The notes under the pieces are model-generated. The model saw only the letters and a list, made by a program, of their open reading frames with translations, made no database searches and was not told where the DNA came from. A stretch of 64,000 bases of DNA, from NCBI GenBank assembly GCA_013115145.1, contig JAAPAO010000117.1:7587-71586 (forward strand), in the 5' to 3' direction. The stretch comes from Perkinsus chesapeaki ATCC PRA-425. Its lineage: Eukaryota > Protista > Perkinsozoa. Positions 51,569 through 62,933 of this stretch are shown here, one piece after another (positions within the stretch are counted from its first letter, which is position 1; each line of letters starts with the position of its first letter). The position numbers and the translations under genes are program-made.

Positions 51569-54500
51569 GGTGCCCCCGATGGTGCTAAGCATTCTATGAA
51601 CCCAGAAGTTTCTGTATTATGCTTATATGCTAGAACGTAGGTATGATCCCTGAACGTAGGCTCGTATCATAAAGGGCCGCTTTCCATATTCCAATCAACA
51701 GTTTATTCCGTAGTAGGCAAGGTGTTCACGCTAATTGTCAGTAATTTGTACGACCTCCTACTCTGTGATCTCGGAACTCGACTTCTTTCCTATTGTAGCT
51801 CTGAAGCACCAGAACTTCATCTGATGTTCCATGGAGAGAAAATGGGTATCTCATATTGAAGGTTATTAAGGTTCATAACTTATGATATACTGCCAATGAT
51901 TTGAGTTCGTCAATCGAGTTCTGTTCCTATCAGAGATCAGCTCACGCTCACAGGTTATTGCTGTGTCCGCCTTGAGAAATAAGATTCCCACGACACTTAC
52001 TCCCTAACGATTTACTGAGTTACTGATGAAAAACACGCCGCTGAAAGCTGTGGCACTGCCACAGTGGCAGCATCCGAGCCCTCTTGCACGCAAGCGCATT
52101 ACGGAGGTGGGCATTACGGGCACTATCTCACCCGTCCGCCGCAGAGTGTACGACCCTGCGCCTACAGTTTATTCCCCTCCGGTGGGTTGACGACATGGGT
52201 ATGAAGGGGCTGACGTGAGAGTCCAATCATTGGACTCTCATTGGACATCATTGGACCATTGGACTCCAATGGTCTCGCTGAGTGAACACTCTTCTTTAAA
52301 AGAACGTTCTGCTCCCTCCGCATATCGAGATCTCGGGTACCTCCTAAGGCTGTACTTGACTCTTCTGCTCGCCCAATAGAATACAACTCACGTTTTCTAG
52401 TAGACTACGAGCTCTAACGAGACCATTCAAGAAGTGCTCCGGTTTTCACTAAGAAAAAACTCGGATCAGCGGCGCAGGAGATCACACTGTGGGGCGTTAG
52501 TACCCCGGCTGCAAGGAAGCATGCTGCACTCGGGGCATCTTGTTTCGCTGAAAATTTGAAAGGTTTCGTATCGGCTCCTGACACTGAGCTTGCAGGTCAC
52601 CAAGCCATTCAACAGTAGGGGATTACCAATATGACATTCAACCGAAAAGTTTTCACGGTCCTCCGGATCCCTATTGAGAGTTTCTCATGTGACTGTTTCT
52701 TCAGAAATACCTCGAGTTATTCAATGTTCGTCGACACCTTAGCTGAAAAATGTGGAAGTATATCAATACATAGGATGTATGATCACTGTAGGATCAATAC
52801 ATGCTCACTAGGCGTTTGCTCAGGCAGCGCTTGAGCTCTCCCATGCTTAGACTTCTATGACGGTCAGCGTCAGACGGTGCCTTTTCAAGGTCTTGTTGCC
52901 CAGGGTGATTGTTCCCCCGCATTTTAATTATTTCATGCCTCATCGCCAAATGTCTGGGCAATGCTGCATACCCGTGATATGTGAAGATAGCTGAGGTGCA
53001 GCTTTAGATGAGTAGTGGATGTGCGCTTCAGAGTTGTCCATCTGGCCTGCATGCAAACCCTGAAACTCTAATTATGAGGTTTGTCCCTCACCGTGAACAT
53101 GAGAGTCTTTTCTTACATACTGGCGATGAAGCTCAGTGATAAGCTCTAGCGAAATCCCTAGAAACTCAAGCCCAATTCTGGGACGATCTTCGACTTCGAA
53201 CCACGTCAACATCGGTATAAAAAGTCACTGTCATGTCACACGACTCGTGTGAGCCTCAACTTGCTCCTTGAACGTAGAACAGGAGCCGTGACTATTCAAG
53301 TGAGGGTATACAATCATGATCCGCAACGGCACCCGGCTGTAATATGCCGAGCATTTACTGTGCTTACCGCAGAACAAGCTCATGGTTTACATTAGGGTCC
53401 TACATAGATTTGTATTAGGTACACCGGAATTGGAGTCGATCAGGTACTCCAAGTTGGACAAAAAGAGTGAAACAGTCGACAACGATTGAAAGGTCAAGCT
53501 TAGGAAACGTTAACTTCGGACGAGGGGGTGTTTAAGGACCTCTGATTCCAGACGAATGAGAACAATTTCAAACTTGAAGAATTCAACTGGACGCACACAT
53601 CCAAACTCAAGACGAATGTTGTTTTCGACTCGAATGTGATATATTCAATGTACGGAACCTTTCCGTTGGTAACACGGAGATGCGGTGCCTAGGTGAGTAT
53701 GGCAAAGAGAATTTGTAATGGAGCTATATGAAACACATCTTTTAGTTTCGGGTCCGCATCTACTGAAAAAGGTCGCAGTGCGGTATCTGACGCCAGCCGC
53801 TTGCACTAGTATGAAAGTCCAGCTAGTCGCGAATCCAACACAGTACAATGTATCTCAGTGCTTATAGCTATGATCTTATTAATATTAAGGCTGTGGCGTT
53901 CTCATGTCAGCATCAAACTTCACAGTATTAGCAGTCCCGTGCGGGAACATCGAAAGTGGAAGATTAGCTATATCTGATGTGACCGATCTGTTGCTGATAA
54001 TTAGCTATGACACATTGTAGAAGCTCTATGATCATGTATTTTCCCCGCCGCTTGGTGATTCATCATGACTATACGCTCTAGGCGAGCAATCATCCTTCCA
54101 GTAGAAGCAGTGTTTAGTTGGAAGGAGGCAAAGCCTCGTTTCATGGCTCCGTCCGCGTTCCGCAGAGATTCGTGCCGTAACACGTGCCCTGCCAACTTCC
54201 TAAGGGAAAGTAAAAGAATCAAGAGGGCGAAAGCCGGGCTTTATAGCAAAGCGGCGTAGCTTGTGTTACCTACCGAGCTGAAGCCTTAAAAACCGGCTCT
54301 CTTGCGGCAAAAATGTGCAGAACGATTGAGTAAAGGCTCACAAGAAAAACTCGACTGTCACACTTGCATGTCACCATGTTCGCCCAAGAGGTAGCATTCT
54401 TTTCATGCTAGTGTACCTTGTTGTATAAAGACACTGGGTACTAGAGCTAGCATCGCTGACCATATCTGGCGGGTGCAAACTGAATATGATCAGAGTGCCA

Positions 54501-54712
54501 TAGCCCAACATAGGCCGCTTGGTCGACTTACTTCGCCATGAATCGTGGTTTCATCGTCGCCTCCGGGCGTGACACGGAAAAGGTCACTAAGCAGTGCCGT
54601 TGAGCAGAAGAAGTACTTATCAGAGCTTTTAAGCTACAAATTCTCTCGCCCCCGTGCTTCCCGTTTCTGATTCACGTGTATTTCTTCTTTGGCACTTACT
54701 TCTAGTTATCCA

Positions 54713-55147
54713 ATGGTTGTCAACACCTTAGTGCTCTCGTTCATTTCCCTCATTGGCTGTCAGGCGGTCTTCCCGCCCAATGAGCAATACTGTTCTAAAG
54801 AAGCAACCTCTGCGGGAGCCATGTGGGCTTTGAAATTCCCTCGTGACTCCGAGCCGCCGCTGAAGGATACGATGAGCATATTCCACGTCGCGGGTTCCCA
54901 ACAAGTGTTCACATGGGGTATTCCAATGCAGAAGAACACCTCTGGTGACAAGACCTTCGTCCAGGTTGATACTTCTTCGGAGCACTTCACGAAGTTCGCT
55001 AAAGAATATGGTCTTGCTGCCGACCTGTGGGAGCAAATCCCGTTCGACACCAAGAGCAACAGTATGACGATTCAGCCAAACAGTTCTAGCAAGCAGTTTA
55101 AACTGCAGCCAGACTTTTGTTTCAAACGGACTCGAAGAGCCTTTTGA
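54713..55147 (+). CDS. Small secreted-protein family, copy 3, intact and the most divergent
   Basis: Same motifs (WALKFP, TMSIFHV, QVFTWGIP, FVQVDT, SMTIQPN, DFC); ATG at 54713. Confidence 0.85.
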   Translation: MVVNTLVLSFISLIGCQAVFPPNEQYCSKEATSAGAMWALKFPRDSEPPLKDTMSIFHVAGSQQVFTWGIPMQKNTSGDKTFVQVDTSSEHFTKFAKEYGLAADLWEQIPFDTKSNSMTIQPNSSSKQFKLQPDFCFKRTRRAF

Positions 55148-56255
55148 TGATGTTGATGATTCTGAGAGTACAAGAGTCGAGGGGAAATGTCAATATGTTA
55201 CGGCCTCGTGCATATATCGCATGCGCGCTGGTCAAAGCCCGTACGATTTAGGGCCTTCTATCTTATGTCAATCAACCGTTTGAAGCGTAGTGGGCTAAGT
55301 GGTCATCGGTGACTTGCACCCCAATCATTAGTAGCCAGTACGGTTTTCCATTTTATCTCTGTGATTCAATGGTCCAGCTTATGCCCTCTGTAGTTTAGGA
55401 GCGTCTTACTCTTATTTGATGTATGTAGCTAGAAAAGACGGATATCACATATTCTTTCAGATGTCAAAGTCAAATAATAATGATACTGTTCTGTTTGTCA
55501 ATCGGCATACTCAGCGCTGACCACAACATCATACTAAATTGATTGTGTTACACGATACGTCAGGACTTTCTGCGTCTGGGCTTCTACTCATTTTTTCTGG
55601 GCCAAATTGATATGGTATTGGCTCCTAACTATTCAGATATTGGAATGGTGTAGATGTCGTGTACTATAGGCTGGTTATCTGTGCGGTCCTCTCATGATCG
55701 CGTGACATGATCTTAACTTGTTACCCGCAGTGTCGTTAAGTAGAAAGAGGTAAGCAGGTAACCAGCGGTCTTCGAGTTCTGGTTGAAGAATCGGGGATTA
55801 GATTGTGCTGGTGAACAGTTTGCGCCATCAATGCCTCTTAAAGTCGTCGAAAGGCTCCCTCCACACCAATGTTGTTTGTAGCTTCTAATACGCCCATTGG
55901 CTTCCATTACTTCGTTGTTTATGTGTGGCGGTCATAACATCAGAGCTACTGACGTTCTGATTAACTTAGATATCGATTTTTCTCTTGAAAGTCCCTTGAA
56001 GACTGGGCTGTTCCGTCACTCTATTGTCGAGACAATATGTAGTACAGGGTGTCCCAGAAAAATGTTTCTTGAATAACTTTTTGCAAAACTGCGACGTCCG
56101 AAAGCTCTCGAGCTTATCTCTCTAATGCCATAAGACTCACAATCATATTCGATGGGGTTGGCGAGAAACGCAAATTTTAAGATCTCAAAAAAACTGTTAC
56201 AATGGAAGAGGTCGGACTTGGCAGAAAATTTGAAGGCCTAATTTTGAGTTATCAA

Positions 56256-56667
56256 ATGCTCGTCAACGCCGTTGTTCTCCCGGTCATCGCCTTCACTGGT
56301 TGCCAGTCCTACTTCCTGTTGCTCTTATGAAGCAACTCCCGAAGGAGCTCTGTGGGCCTTACGCTTTCCCCGTCCTCACTTGAATGGTACTATGAGCATA
56401 TTCCACATTAAGGATTCTAAGCAAGTGTCCACGTGGGGTATCCCAATCACGAACCGCACCATTCGTGAGCTGGTCTTCGTCCAAGTCGACACCGATTCGT
56501 CATCTTTCAGAGAGTTCGCTGATAAATACGGCCTTACTCCTGAGCTGTGGTCTCTCCTCCGTCTCGACTACAAACACAACAGTGTGACTATCGTCCCAAA
56601 CAGCACCAGCGACACGTATGAACTGTTTCCCAAATTCTGCCAGACGCAGAACTTGCGTCAAATCTGA
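56256..56667 (+). pseudogene. Small secreted-protein family, copy 4, frameshifted
   Basis: Relative to copy 1, 14 nt (cgcctaacgagtac) are missing between 56316 and 56317. This puts the ATG and signal peptide out of frame with the conserved core. Confidence 0.85.
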
Positions 56668-57052
56668 TTTGAGGTGTCCCTCGACGGTGTTGAGCATTCT
56701 ATGAGCACAGAAATCTAGGTATTATGGTAATATGAAAGAAGATTATTCATGCATAGGATGTCTACTGGACGTAGGCCGTTCATAAAGGGCCACTTTTCAT
56801 ATTTTTAGTCGACAGTTTATTCCGTAGGCCAGTTGTTTACGCTAATCATTAGTAACCTGTACGGCCTCCTACTACATGAACCCAGAACTTGGTGTCTGTC
56901 CTATTTTAAGGGTGGAACACCAGGACTTTACCTGATGTCCCACGGAAAGGAAATGGATATCTCATATAAAAGGTTCACAAATATCCTTTAGCTGTTTGTG
57001 TTCCTCAATCGAATTCTGTTTAGAGATCGGCTCACACTCACAGTTTAGATAG

Positions 57053-57238
57053 TGTTGATGTTGTTCACTATCTTCGTGACCACCCATAGGTTAACTCAAT
57101 AAGGTAATTGAATAAGGTAATTATTTAATCCACTTATTAAATATAGAACATTAAGGAGGAGACAGAACATTGTGTTAGCTATAGCTAAGGAGACAATTGT
57201 CTACTTGATCACAACCGGATATTGTGCAAACATCAACA
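57053..57238 (-). repeat. 3' LTR (186 bp)
   Basis: Identical by eye to 62399-62584; 10-bp terminal inverted repeats tgttgatgtt / aacatcaaca. Confidence 0.97.
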
Positions 57239-57279
57239 TCATCCCCTTGATCAAGTTATACTCAATTGTCATAGCATTA

Positions 57280-60200
57280 TCAAGCATAATAAGGTCGTAG
57301 ATTGCGAATGTGCTCAACTATCTCATCTTCTTCTGGTTTGCCTTCTTCTAACAAAGTCACATTTACACCTTCTTGATCAACAACACGATACACAGCTGGT
57401 TTATAATAACCAGCAGCATGACCAGTCCCCGGAGCTTGGTTAGGTCTAAAGACTTTAACTTTCTGACCCAAAGTAACTTTCAAGCTCCTCGGATCATAAC
57501 CCCTCGGGATAACTCTTTGTTCTCGGGCCATCCTAAACTCATCATTCTGAAGACTTCTTTGTTCAGCAATCTTCTTGGGATCTTTATCACCAGCAGGCAC
57601 TGATAACCTCGCAACTTCTTCTGGTCGGCGTTCACGTCCAAACCACAATGTGAAAGGAGTTGTACCCATAAAAGGACGATCATTGGCTCTCCTTACCGCA
57701 CGACTCATAACCGAGTACCAATGTGAAGTACCATAATGCTTATTCTTCAATACTTCGGGGAATAATCTCAGTGTAGTCTTAATATTAGAGATAGAACGTT
57801 CGACCATTCCATTTTGAAAAGGGGAATACCGATTTGCAACTTGATGATCAACTCCATGAGACGTCATAAACCGTTTGAACCTTTGAGAGGTCAAATTGGA
57901 TCCACCATCAGATCGCAATTGACGCATAATACCACATTCCTGTATAACGGAATTCAATGCCGAGCATATAGTATCCGTTCTTTGATCACGTAAACCCTTG
58001 ATTATAACAAAGTGGCTATACATATCAATTAGGACCAAAGCTGAGGTGAAGCCATAATCTTTGTCGGGTTTGAAAGGGCCAGCTAAATCACACGCCACCA
58101 CGTCCCATATACAAGAAGCCGTAGTGTCCGTAAAACCCATAGCCCCAGAATAAAAACGTTTAGTCATAGCATTTTGACATCTTAGACATCTTCTACAGAC
58201 CGTTCGACACATACGGGACAAACCATCAATGTCAAAATATCTCGATACATCCCATGAAAGATACCTCGCATTATGATGAGTCGACTCGTGGAAGGCATTA
58301 ACAATTCGATAAGCTTCAGCTTTACCATTCTCAGTATCACAAGGTATCACAAAAGTCTCACGTGGTGAACCAGAATAAGAACCCATAGGATATTTAAGAG
58401 CCATCAATAGACCATCATCAGTTAGTCGTTTATCTTGAACTTCACCTTTTGAAGACAAATCTTTATCATTATTCTCTAAACAAGCGATAATTGGACTCAA
58501 GGACGGCGAATCTCGTTGTATTAGCTTGACTCTCTCACGAGCCATAAGACCAGTTGGTAGTGTAGGATGTCCATCACCCTGCACTTCACCCCCTTGGACA
58601 GTATGAACACTATCCACTGGAAATAAAGGCGTTTCTTCTTCTTCCACAATATGATAGAGAGATTCCAAACCCCATTCTATAGGAGCTCTACTCAAGTTAT
58701 CAGCCATATTCGTAACACCGTCAACCTTTTCAAGGGTAACATTAATACCCACCAGTCTTAGATCATCAATAATCTCTCTAATAGATTGGACTAAACGTCG
58801 AACAGCCACTTTCTCTAAGCTCTTAGAAGAACATCTGTTGGTAGTTGTCCACCTGCACACCGTTTGAGAGTCGCAGCATATAGTAACCGTACAAACCAAA
58901 GGTATAGTTCGTTTACCAGATAGACCGTTATGAACTGCAAAAATAGCCTTAGAAAGGGCTATAAGTTCCTTACGGTTAATATGATAACTTCTCTGGTTAG
59001 CTTTGAATACTCCTGCTGCCGACTGTATCTCGCATAATTCATTTTTATCATCGGACTCACCAAACATTACCCATGCCCAACCTATAGAACTGGCATCAAC
59101 ATAAATCTTTAGGTGGTTCGTAGGATGTACCGCATGGGAACATACATCATTTGTATACTTTTCCACTACTGTGACACACGCACATAAAACCTTATACACA
59201 GGATCTTCCGTATCCAAGGTAAATAATTGATCCCAGTCCATATTTTTGGTCATATGACCACATAAAATCTTCAAGATATCGCCAGCCAAACGTTGTCTAC
59301 CATGAATAAGTAAAGGATCACAACCACTGCTTACGCACGCAGCTACTGAATAGATCATCCTTCGAGACCAAGAAGTCTTTATCATACCTTGCTGGATTCT
59401 AACATTTGGCAGTTTTAGTTTACTACAAGAAAATGATAAACTACCATCTTCACCAAAATGCCACCAAATACCAAGATGTTTAAATCTCTGACAAGTTAAA
59501 CTATCCCATCCCTTCACCGCAGGGAAATCGAATCCATAGCGACTTGCCACTTCAGTTATTTTATTAATCAAAGCATCACCAGTGTCCTTGTTAGTTAACG
59601 TTGAACTTGTAGCACCACTCATCTGATTAATCAATAACGTTAAATCATCTAGATACAAGTAGAATGCACAGTCTACCAGCTTCTGTTGTACATCTCGAGA
59701 AAGTTCTGCCAAGCTCACATCCAACACATATGTAAGGGCCGACCATAAACAACATGGTCCGGCTCTAAGACCAAAACATAGTCGGGAACTCTTGTACACC
59801 ATACCATTGGCTATCAGTTCAACCTCACAAGAAGGTAAGAGCCTCACCCTATAGAATGCACTAGATGCATCACGAGTTATTATCCTAGAATGATCAAGCC
59901 ACCGTAACCTGATATCAAATAATATGGAATCTATACAAGGTCCCTCGTAAGAACTTGGGGGACTGAACCCGTTCCTCAACCTGGCATCGAGTACCGGTCT
60001 AATCGGAGTAGTACCACCACCAGCTTTTCGAGAGCGTACTGGGAACACTATTAAGGCACTCGAAGTGTAAGGCGTCGTTGCCAGAGGACCAACCAACTTC
60101 CACCAACCTTTTTGGGTATATTTTTCTACTTCTTTATTGAATAAAACCTTCTCGTCATTATCAAGACGACCAACCAAACGTCCACCATAATCTTTCCTGG

Positions 60201-62433
60201 GTGGGATCTTCTTCAATCTATCAGCGTCAAACGGAGACTCCACCTCAATACAAAATTGCTGAGAAGGAGTATCACGAAGTTCTCCTTCTCGTAACCGTCT
60301 TGCTCGCCATCGATATCCAGTGGATCCAACCACCATATGCCAGCCAGTTGTATTAGTAGAAAGATTAGGTAGTCCATCTTCAAGTAAATTTGGAGACCAT
60401 ACCGTCGACAATTCATGATGCCAAGGTAGAGATAACCGGTTGTCTACCTCCAAAGGAGATAGTTTTAGTACTGGATAGAGGAGTGGGGGTGATTTCATAC
60501 TAATAGTGAAAAGACCCATAGGACAACCATTATTCTTCTTATCACCAGTATCGGCAAAATTTATATCTATTCCCAACTCATGCATGGACTTAACACCCAT
60601 AATCAAATACTGTGCTCCTCTACCATCAGGAGTGCTCATAACGCGGAAAGGTAAATCACCGATGACAATAGATCCCACTATTTCTTCGGATATACCATTA
60701 GGCATAGACACATTAGAGTCGCACGATTGCAACAAGCGATTAGCCAACCCTAATCGCTTCAGATAATCGCTGGTAATATAGTTCCAGAAGGCTCCTGAAT
60801 CCAGTAGACATGGAATATTCCCAAGTTCAGTAATATGTAATGAGACAAAGGGTAGAGAATTAGATCCACCAGTTATATCAATATGATGAAGCGAATCTTC
60901 CCCACTTGAAATACCATGACCCGTATCACTGACTGTCTCCACGGTCTGTGAGTGATCGACTTGTCTCGGATTACCATCATTATTGTCATGTCGAAAACGA
61001 CATCGAGAGCCATAACGACATTTACCACCATCCCTCCAAGCATAGCATACTTTTTTAGACGACCTATGTGAAGCTGGTCTAGGATTTACCGTGTTGTTAT
61101 CGACCATATCCGGCTCGACCATCATATGAACACGATTCCTTGGGTAACTCGAACCTCCAGTAGATAAACCAGATTCCTTAGGACCAAGTACCACTTTTTC
61201 CAAACGTTCCCTCTGGCTTAATTCTCTAGTCAGAGTAATAAAGTCACCACCACGCGATAATACATCCATAGCCACAGATCGCCATACAGGTAGAACACCG
61301 CGAATAAAATTCGTCCGAAGTTTCTCTTCAGAAACAGATTTACCGGTAAAGGCAGCTAAATCAGAGGCTGCATTGCTAAACCTTACTACGAAGTCAGCAA
61401 CACTTTCACCAGACTTCTGACTCGTCACTGAAAAGCGTTGTTCAGCACCAAGACGAGCTATGTCGTCGGAGACACCACTACAGGATACTGATAAATGTCC
61501 AAATATACGAGCAATCTCATCCACCCAACCTTGCAAAGCTGCCAGTCCAGGCGGAGATGGATTGATTGCCAGCACCAAGGCAGCAGATAAACATCGGCTC
61601 AACAGGTAGAAAATACTGACAGGATCACCCAATAAACCGTTACGACGACATAACAAGTCGAACCTCCTTTTCCATACAGGATAAGGTTTGGAATCACCGG
61701 TACCAGAAAATACAACAGGTTCAATAGATAGAGCAATCCGTCGACCTTCAGAGAGATCCTTACGAGTCACCATTTCTGAGAACGTCGGTCCTTCGAGTCC
61801 TAGAGTTGTCAAACCATTATCGGCGATTACTCTGACTGCTCCTTCAGTAACCATCTTTGAGCGTGAATCATCCTGCATAGATAATGCGTCAGAATACGAA
61901 AGACCCGCCTTAGAATCAGTATCCATCGGCTGCGGCATCGAGATAGACTGGGGTAAAGCATCTTTAGTCACCACCACCGGCTGATTCTCACAGTCTAGAG
62001 ACTCCTGGAAACCAACGCGATCTAACCGTTCTTGACAAGTAGAGCCCCATTTTTTAGTTACCAATGGGTTCTCACAGAATGGAGAATAGAAATCCCCAAG
62101 TAACAAACGACGTAACGGAGTTTGAATACGACGGTCACCCTCAGGACTCCATTCAACCAATCTTTTGAGAATAGCCGCCACCTTGCCCTCATGAGGGTCC
62201 GTGGACAGGAGGGCCGCATCAATCCCTTGTCCGAAAAGTTCATTAGTAACATTTGGTATTGCTCGTACTTTTTGGGCGGCCTGCTCCAAGACATCCAAAC
62301 CAGTAGGGGGTGTCACCAACCATGTCATAACCAAATCACGTATAGCCTTAACTTGTGGAGTCAACGGGGTCGCGGAGACATTCTCGGTTCTAGTACCATG
62401 TTGATGTTGTTCACTATCTTCGTGACCACCCAT
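57280..62433 (-). CDS. Single gag-pol polyprotein (1717 aa)
   Basis: CCCH finger CYAWRDGGKCRYGSRCRFRH; protease LLDSGA; RT DASSAFYRV, FGL..GP and YLDD; RNase H YVDAS, ELIAL, CDSQ and ADNLSR; integrase HHCC plus CDLAGP, SDGG and NGMVERS. Confidence 0.97.
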   Translation of the reverse strand: MGGHEDSEQHQHGTRTENVSATPLTPQVKAIRDLVMTWLVTPPTGLDVLEQAAQKVRAIPNVTNELFGQGIDAALLSTDPHEGKVAAILKRLVEWSPEGDRRIQTPLRRLLLGDFYSPFCENPLVTKKWGSTCQERLDRVGFQESLDCENQPVVVTKDALPQSISMPQPMDTDSKAGLSYSDALSMQDDSRSKMVTEGAVRVIADNGLTTLGLEGPTFSEMVTRKDLSEGRRIALSIEPVVFSGTGDSKPYPVWKRRFDLLCRRNGLLGDPVSIFYLLSRCLSAALVLAINPSPPGLAALQGWVDEIARIFGHLSVSCSGVSDDIARLGAEQRFSVTSQKSGESVADFVVRFSNAASDLAAFTGKSVSEEKLRTNFIRGVLPVWRSVAMDVLSRGGDFITLTRELSQRERLEKVVLGPKESGLSTGGSSYPRNRVHMMVEPDMVDNNTVNPRPASHRSSKKVCYAWRDGGKCRYGSRCRFRHDNNDGNPRQVDHSQTVETVSDTGHGISSGEDSLHHIDITGGSNSLPFVSLHITELGNIPCLLDSGAFWNYITSDYLKRLGLANRLLQSCDSNVSMPNGISEEIVGSIVIGDLPFRVMSTPDGRGAQYLIMGVKSMHELGIDINFADTGDKKNNGCPMGLFTISMKSPPLLYPVLKLSPLEVDNRLSLPWHHELSTVWSPNLLEDGLPNLSTNTTGWHMVVGSTGYRWRARRLREGELRDTPSQQFCIEVESPFDADRLKKIPPRKDYGGRLVGRLDNDEKVLFNKEVEKYTQKGWWKLVGPLATTPYTSSALIVFPVRSRKAGGGTTPIRPVLDARLRNGFSPPSSYEGPCIDSILFDIRLRWLDHSRIITRDASSAFYRVRLLPSCEVELIANGMVYKSSRLCFGLRAGPCCLWSALTYVLDVSLAELSRDVQQKLVDCAFYLYLDDLTLLINQMSGATSSTLTNKDTGDALINKITEVASRYGFDFPAVKGWDSLTCQRFKHLGIWWHFGEDGSLSFSCSKLKLPNVRIQQGMIKTSWSRRMIYSVAACVSSGCDPLLIHGRQRLAGDILKILCGHMTKNMDWDQLFTLDTEDPVYKVLCACVTVVEKYTNDVCSHAVHPTNHLKIYVDASSIGWAWVMFGESDDKNELCEIQSAAGVFKANQRSYHINRKELIALSKAIFAVHNGLSGKRTIPLVCTVTICCDSQTVCRWTTTNRCSSKSLEKVAVRRLVQSIREIIDDLRLVGINVTLEKVDGVTNMADNLSRAPIEWGLESLYHIVEEEETPLFPVDSVHTVQGGEVQGDGHPTLPTGLMARERVKLIQRDSPSLSPIIACLENNDKDLSSKGEVQDKRLTDDGLLMALKYPMGSYSGSPRETFVIPCDTENGKAEAYRIVNAFHESTHHNARYLSWDVSRYFDIDGLSRMCRTVCRRCLRCQNAMTKRFYSGAMGFTDTTASCIWDVVACDLAGPFKPDKDYGFTSALVLIDMYSHFVIIKGLRDQRTDTICSALNSVIQECGIMRQLRSDGGSNLTSQRFKRFMTSHGVDHQVANRYSPFQNGMVERSISNIKTTLRLFPEVLKNKHYGTSHWYSVMSRAVRRANDRPFMGTTPFTLWFGRERRPEEVARLSVPAGDKDPKKIAEQRSLQNDEFRMAREQRVIPRGYDPRSLKVTLGQKVKVFRPNQAPGTGHAAGYYKPAVYRVVDQEGVNVTLLEEGKPEEDEIVEHIRNLRPYYA

Positions 62434-62584
62434 AGGTTAACTCAATAAGGTAATTGAATAAGGTAATTATTTAATCCACTTATTAAATATAGAACATTAA
62501 GGAGGAGACAGAACATTGTGTTAGCTATAGCTAAGGAGACAATTGTCTACTTGATCACAACCGGATATTGTGCAAACATCAACA
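62399..62584 (-). repeat. 5' LTR (186 bp)
   Basis: Identical to 57053-57238; followed on the minus strand by a TGG-starting PBS; contains the first ATG of the ORF (62433). Confidence 0.97.
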
Positions 62585-62933
62585 ATAGACTGTGTAAGCT
62601 TCAAACAAAAAGGATCAGAATGAAGCGTGATTTGTAGTTGATAGTGTGATAGTAGTTCAGTAAGCAAAGCTACCAAAAGCAGAATCTTTAAATAATCAAT
62701 GTTCCGAATTAGGACTACAGAATATAGGGGTTACAGGAGCACTCGCAGCCTGGGTGAGTTGCGGTCTACTTTATCATAACGCAACGCTCCAATGAGGGCT
62801 CTTATAGACTAGTCTCGATGCTGCTCGACGATACCCATTTAAGGTTCGTCAGTACAATTCGGACATTTGAAAAATCTCAAAATCAAAGATCAAGATACAT
62901 CTCGTGTTGCATTGGTGAACACTTGTGAGTGTA

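Larger units (their letters stand above)
57053..62584 (-). mobile_element. Intact LTR retrotransposon (5,532 bp), PR-RT-RH-IN order (Ty3/Gypsy-like with some BEL-like motifs)
   Basis: Two identical 186-bp TG..CA LTRs and a 4-bp TSD ATAG (57049-57052 and 62585-62588). PBS TGGTACTAGAACCGAG abuts the 5' LTR; the purine-rich AAGGGGATGA lies before the 3' LTR. Confidence 0.97.

Noticed and set aside
52000-54600. Scattered 60-75 aa ORFs between copies 2 and 3
   Set aside because: No recognisable homology or repeat structure.
57373-62448. Plus-strand ORFs inside the retrotransposon
   Set aside because: Antisense shadows of gag-pol; no env-like or accessory gene features.
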